A program made the position numbers and the translations under genes. Under the pieces are notes generated by a model that saw nothing but the letters and a program-made list of their open reading frames with translations, was not told where the DNA came from and did no database searches. Shown here in pieces: positions 62,986 through 64,000 of a stretch of 64,000 bases of DNA. Position 1 is the first letter of the stretch; every line of letters starts with the position of its first letter. The DNA is from Amphiscolops sp. MND2022 (Eukaryota): positions 99,450,001-99,514,000 of the forward strand of contig OZ076409.1 in assembly GCA_964187785.1 (NCBI GenBank), written 5' to 3'.

Positions 62986-64000
62986 GAAGCGTGGATTTTT
63001 GCTCTTTTGGACAAAAATATTGACAAAAAGATTTTTGTTTTAGGAACAAAATGTGCTTTCGTCTTGGGGGAAATTCGAAACAAGGTGTTCTTAGAGGGAA
63101 AAGGGCACATGGTCCAACATCTGAAATTGAAATTAATTTCAAACCATTTTATTTTTACTCTGTACATCAACCATAAGTGCCAAGATTAAACAAAAACAGT
63201 AACCAATTGAGGCTTGTTCAGCGTAGCTATTACGCCGCAGTTGTTTACGCTGCTAACCAAGCTATCACCAGAATTCGGCACTTTTTTTTTCTTTTTACCA
63301 ACACTTATATTACGATTTTTCAACTCTTAGAGTTTAAAAACTCCTGTCGTAATAAACATTTGTCAAGCGTTTTGAAAGTTTAATCAAAATTTTGGCATCA
63401 TTCGGAAACCGTGAGGTTTTTCTTAGTTTTACTTTAGCCACGTTGGAATTTGCAAATTGGTGTCATCTTCAGCGGGTTAGTTGAGAAGCGGTGATCACAC
63501 CAGATGAGTAGTTGAGAAATAAAAGTGTGAATACAACGTGATCGTGTCGGTAGCGAAGAGGGAAATAATTAGGATTTTAATTGCAATAGTAAAAACTACA
63601 AAGTTGAATTCTACAAAATTTAGCCTCGGAAGCTTCCTGGAATTTTCAAGTGTTATATAATTACCCTGCATGCATGTATGTTGCATGCAAATTAATCTAG
63701 TTGTCTTAACTAGGGCTGGCAAGCGTTCCAAGATCTTATGCACGTGGGTTCAGATTCAGTACCGTAACAATGGAGACTTTCTAAAATTTGCAGAATTTAG
63801 CGCTACCCAAAGTTTTAGTCCTGAAACAGGTTTATCGCAAATTTTCAAGTTAGCTTTGACCCATGTTTAGTTTCACCGTTTTGTAGCCTAATAAAATTGT
63901 GCCTAATATTATAAGCAGTCGCCAGTCCTCGTTTTTTCCTCGTTTTTTTTCGAGTGCCGCACTGCTTTGAAAAAAAATTGAGTCCTAGTGCTTTCTGGCC

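Noticed and set aside
59728..64000. Search for the syndecan ATG/signal-peptide exon
   Set aside because: No convincing hydrophobic ATG exon with a phase-0 donor was found; it probably lies beyond the window.

Overview
AT-rich animal (metazoan) genomic DNA with spliceosomal introns; no prokaryotic features. The repeat landscape resembles what I recall of acoel genomes, but I cannot verify the organism. One host gene spans the window on the minus strand: a syndecan-like transmembrane proteoglycan. I assembled it by hand from five phase-compatible GT-AG exons (59727-59619, 51423-51335, 50699-50525, 23706-23653, 6787-6414; about 266 aa). Its first, signal-peptide exon was not found and probably lies beyond the window. 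Unusually, its ectodomain contains a predicted SEA-like folded module, and the sequence hints at two alternative isoforms. The introns are packed with mobile DNA: two Ty3/Gypsy (Mag-like) LTR retrotransposons with paired LTRs, tRNA-Ser PBS, PPT and 5-bp TSDs; a third LTR remnant; about 10 copies of a Helentron/DINE-1-like non-autonomous family; five hAT MITEs with 8-bp TSDs; CCC..GGG MITEs with 2-bp TSDs; Tc1/mariner (TA) and piggyBac (TTAA) MITEs, several nested. Downstream of the gene lie an ORF fusing an integrase-type zinc-binding domain to an OTU-like domain, and an old local duplication. All calls are by eye; no database searches were run.
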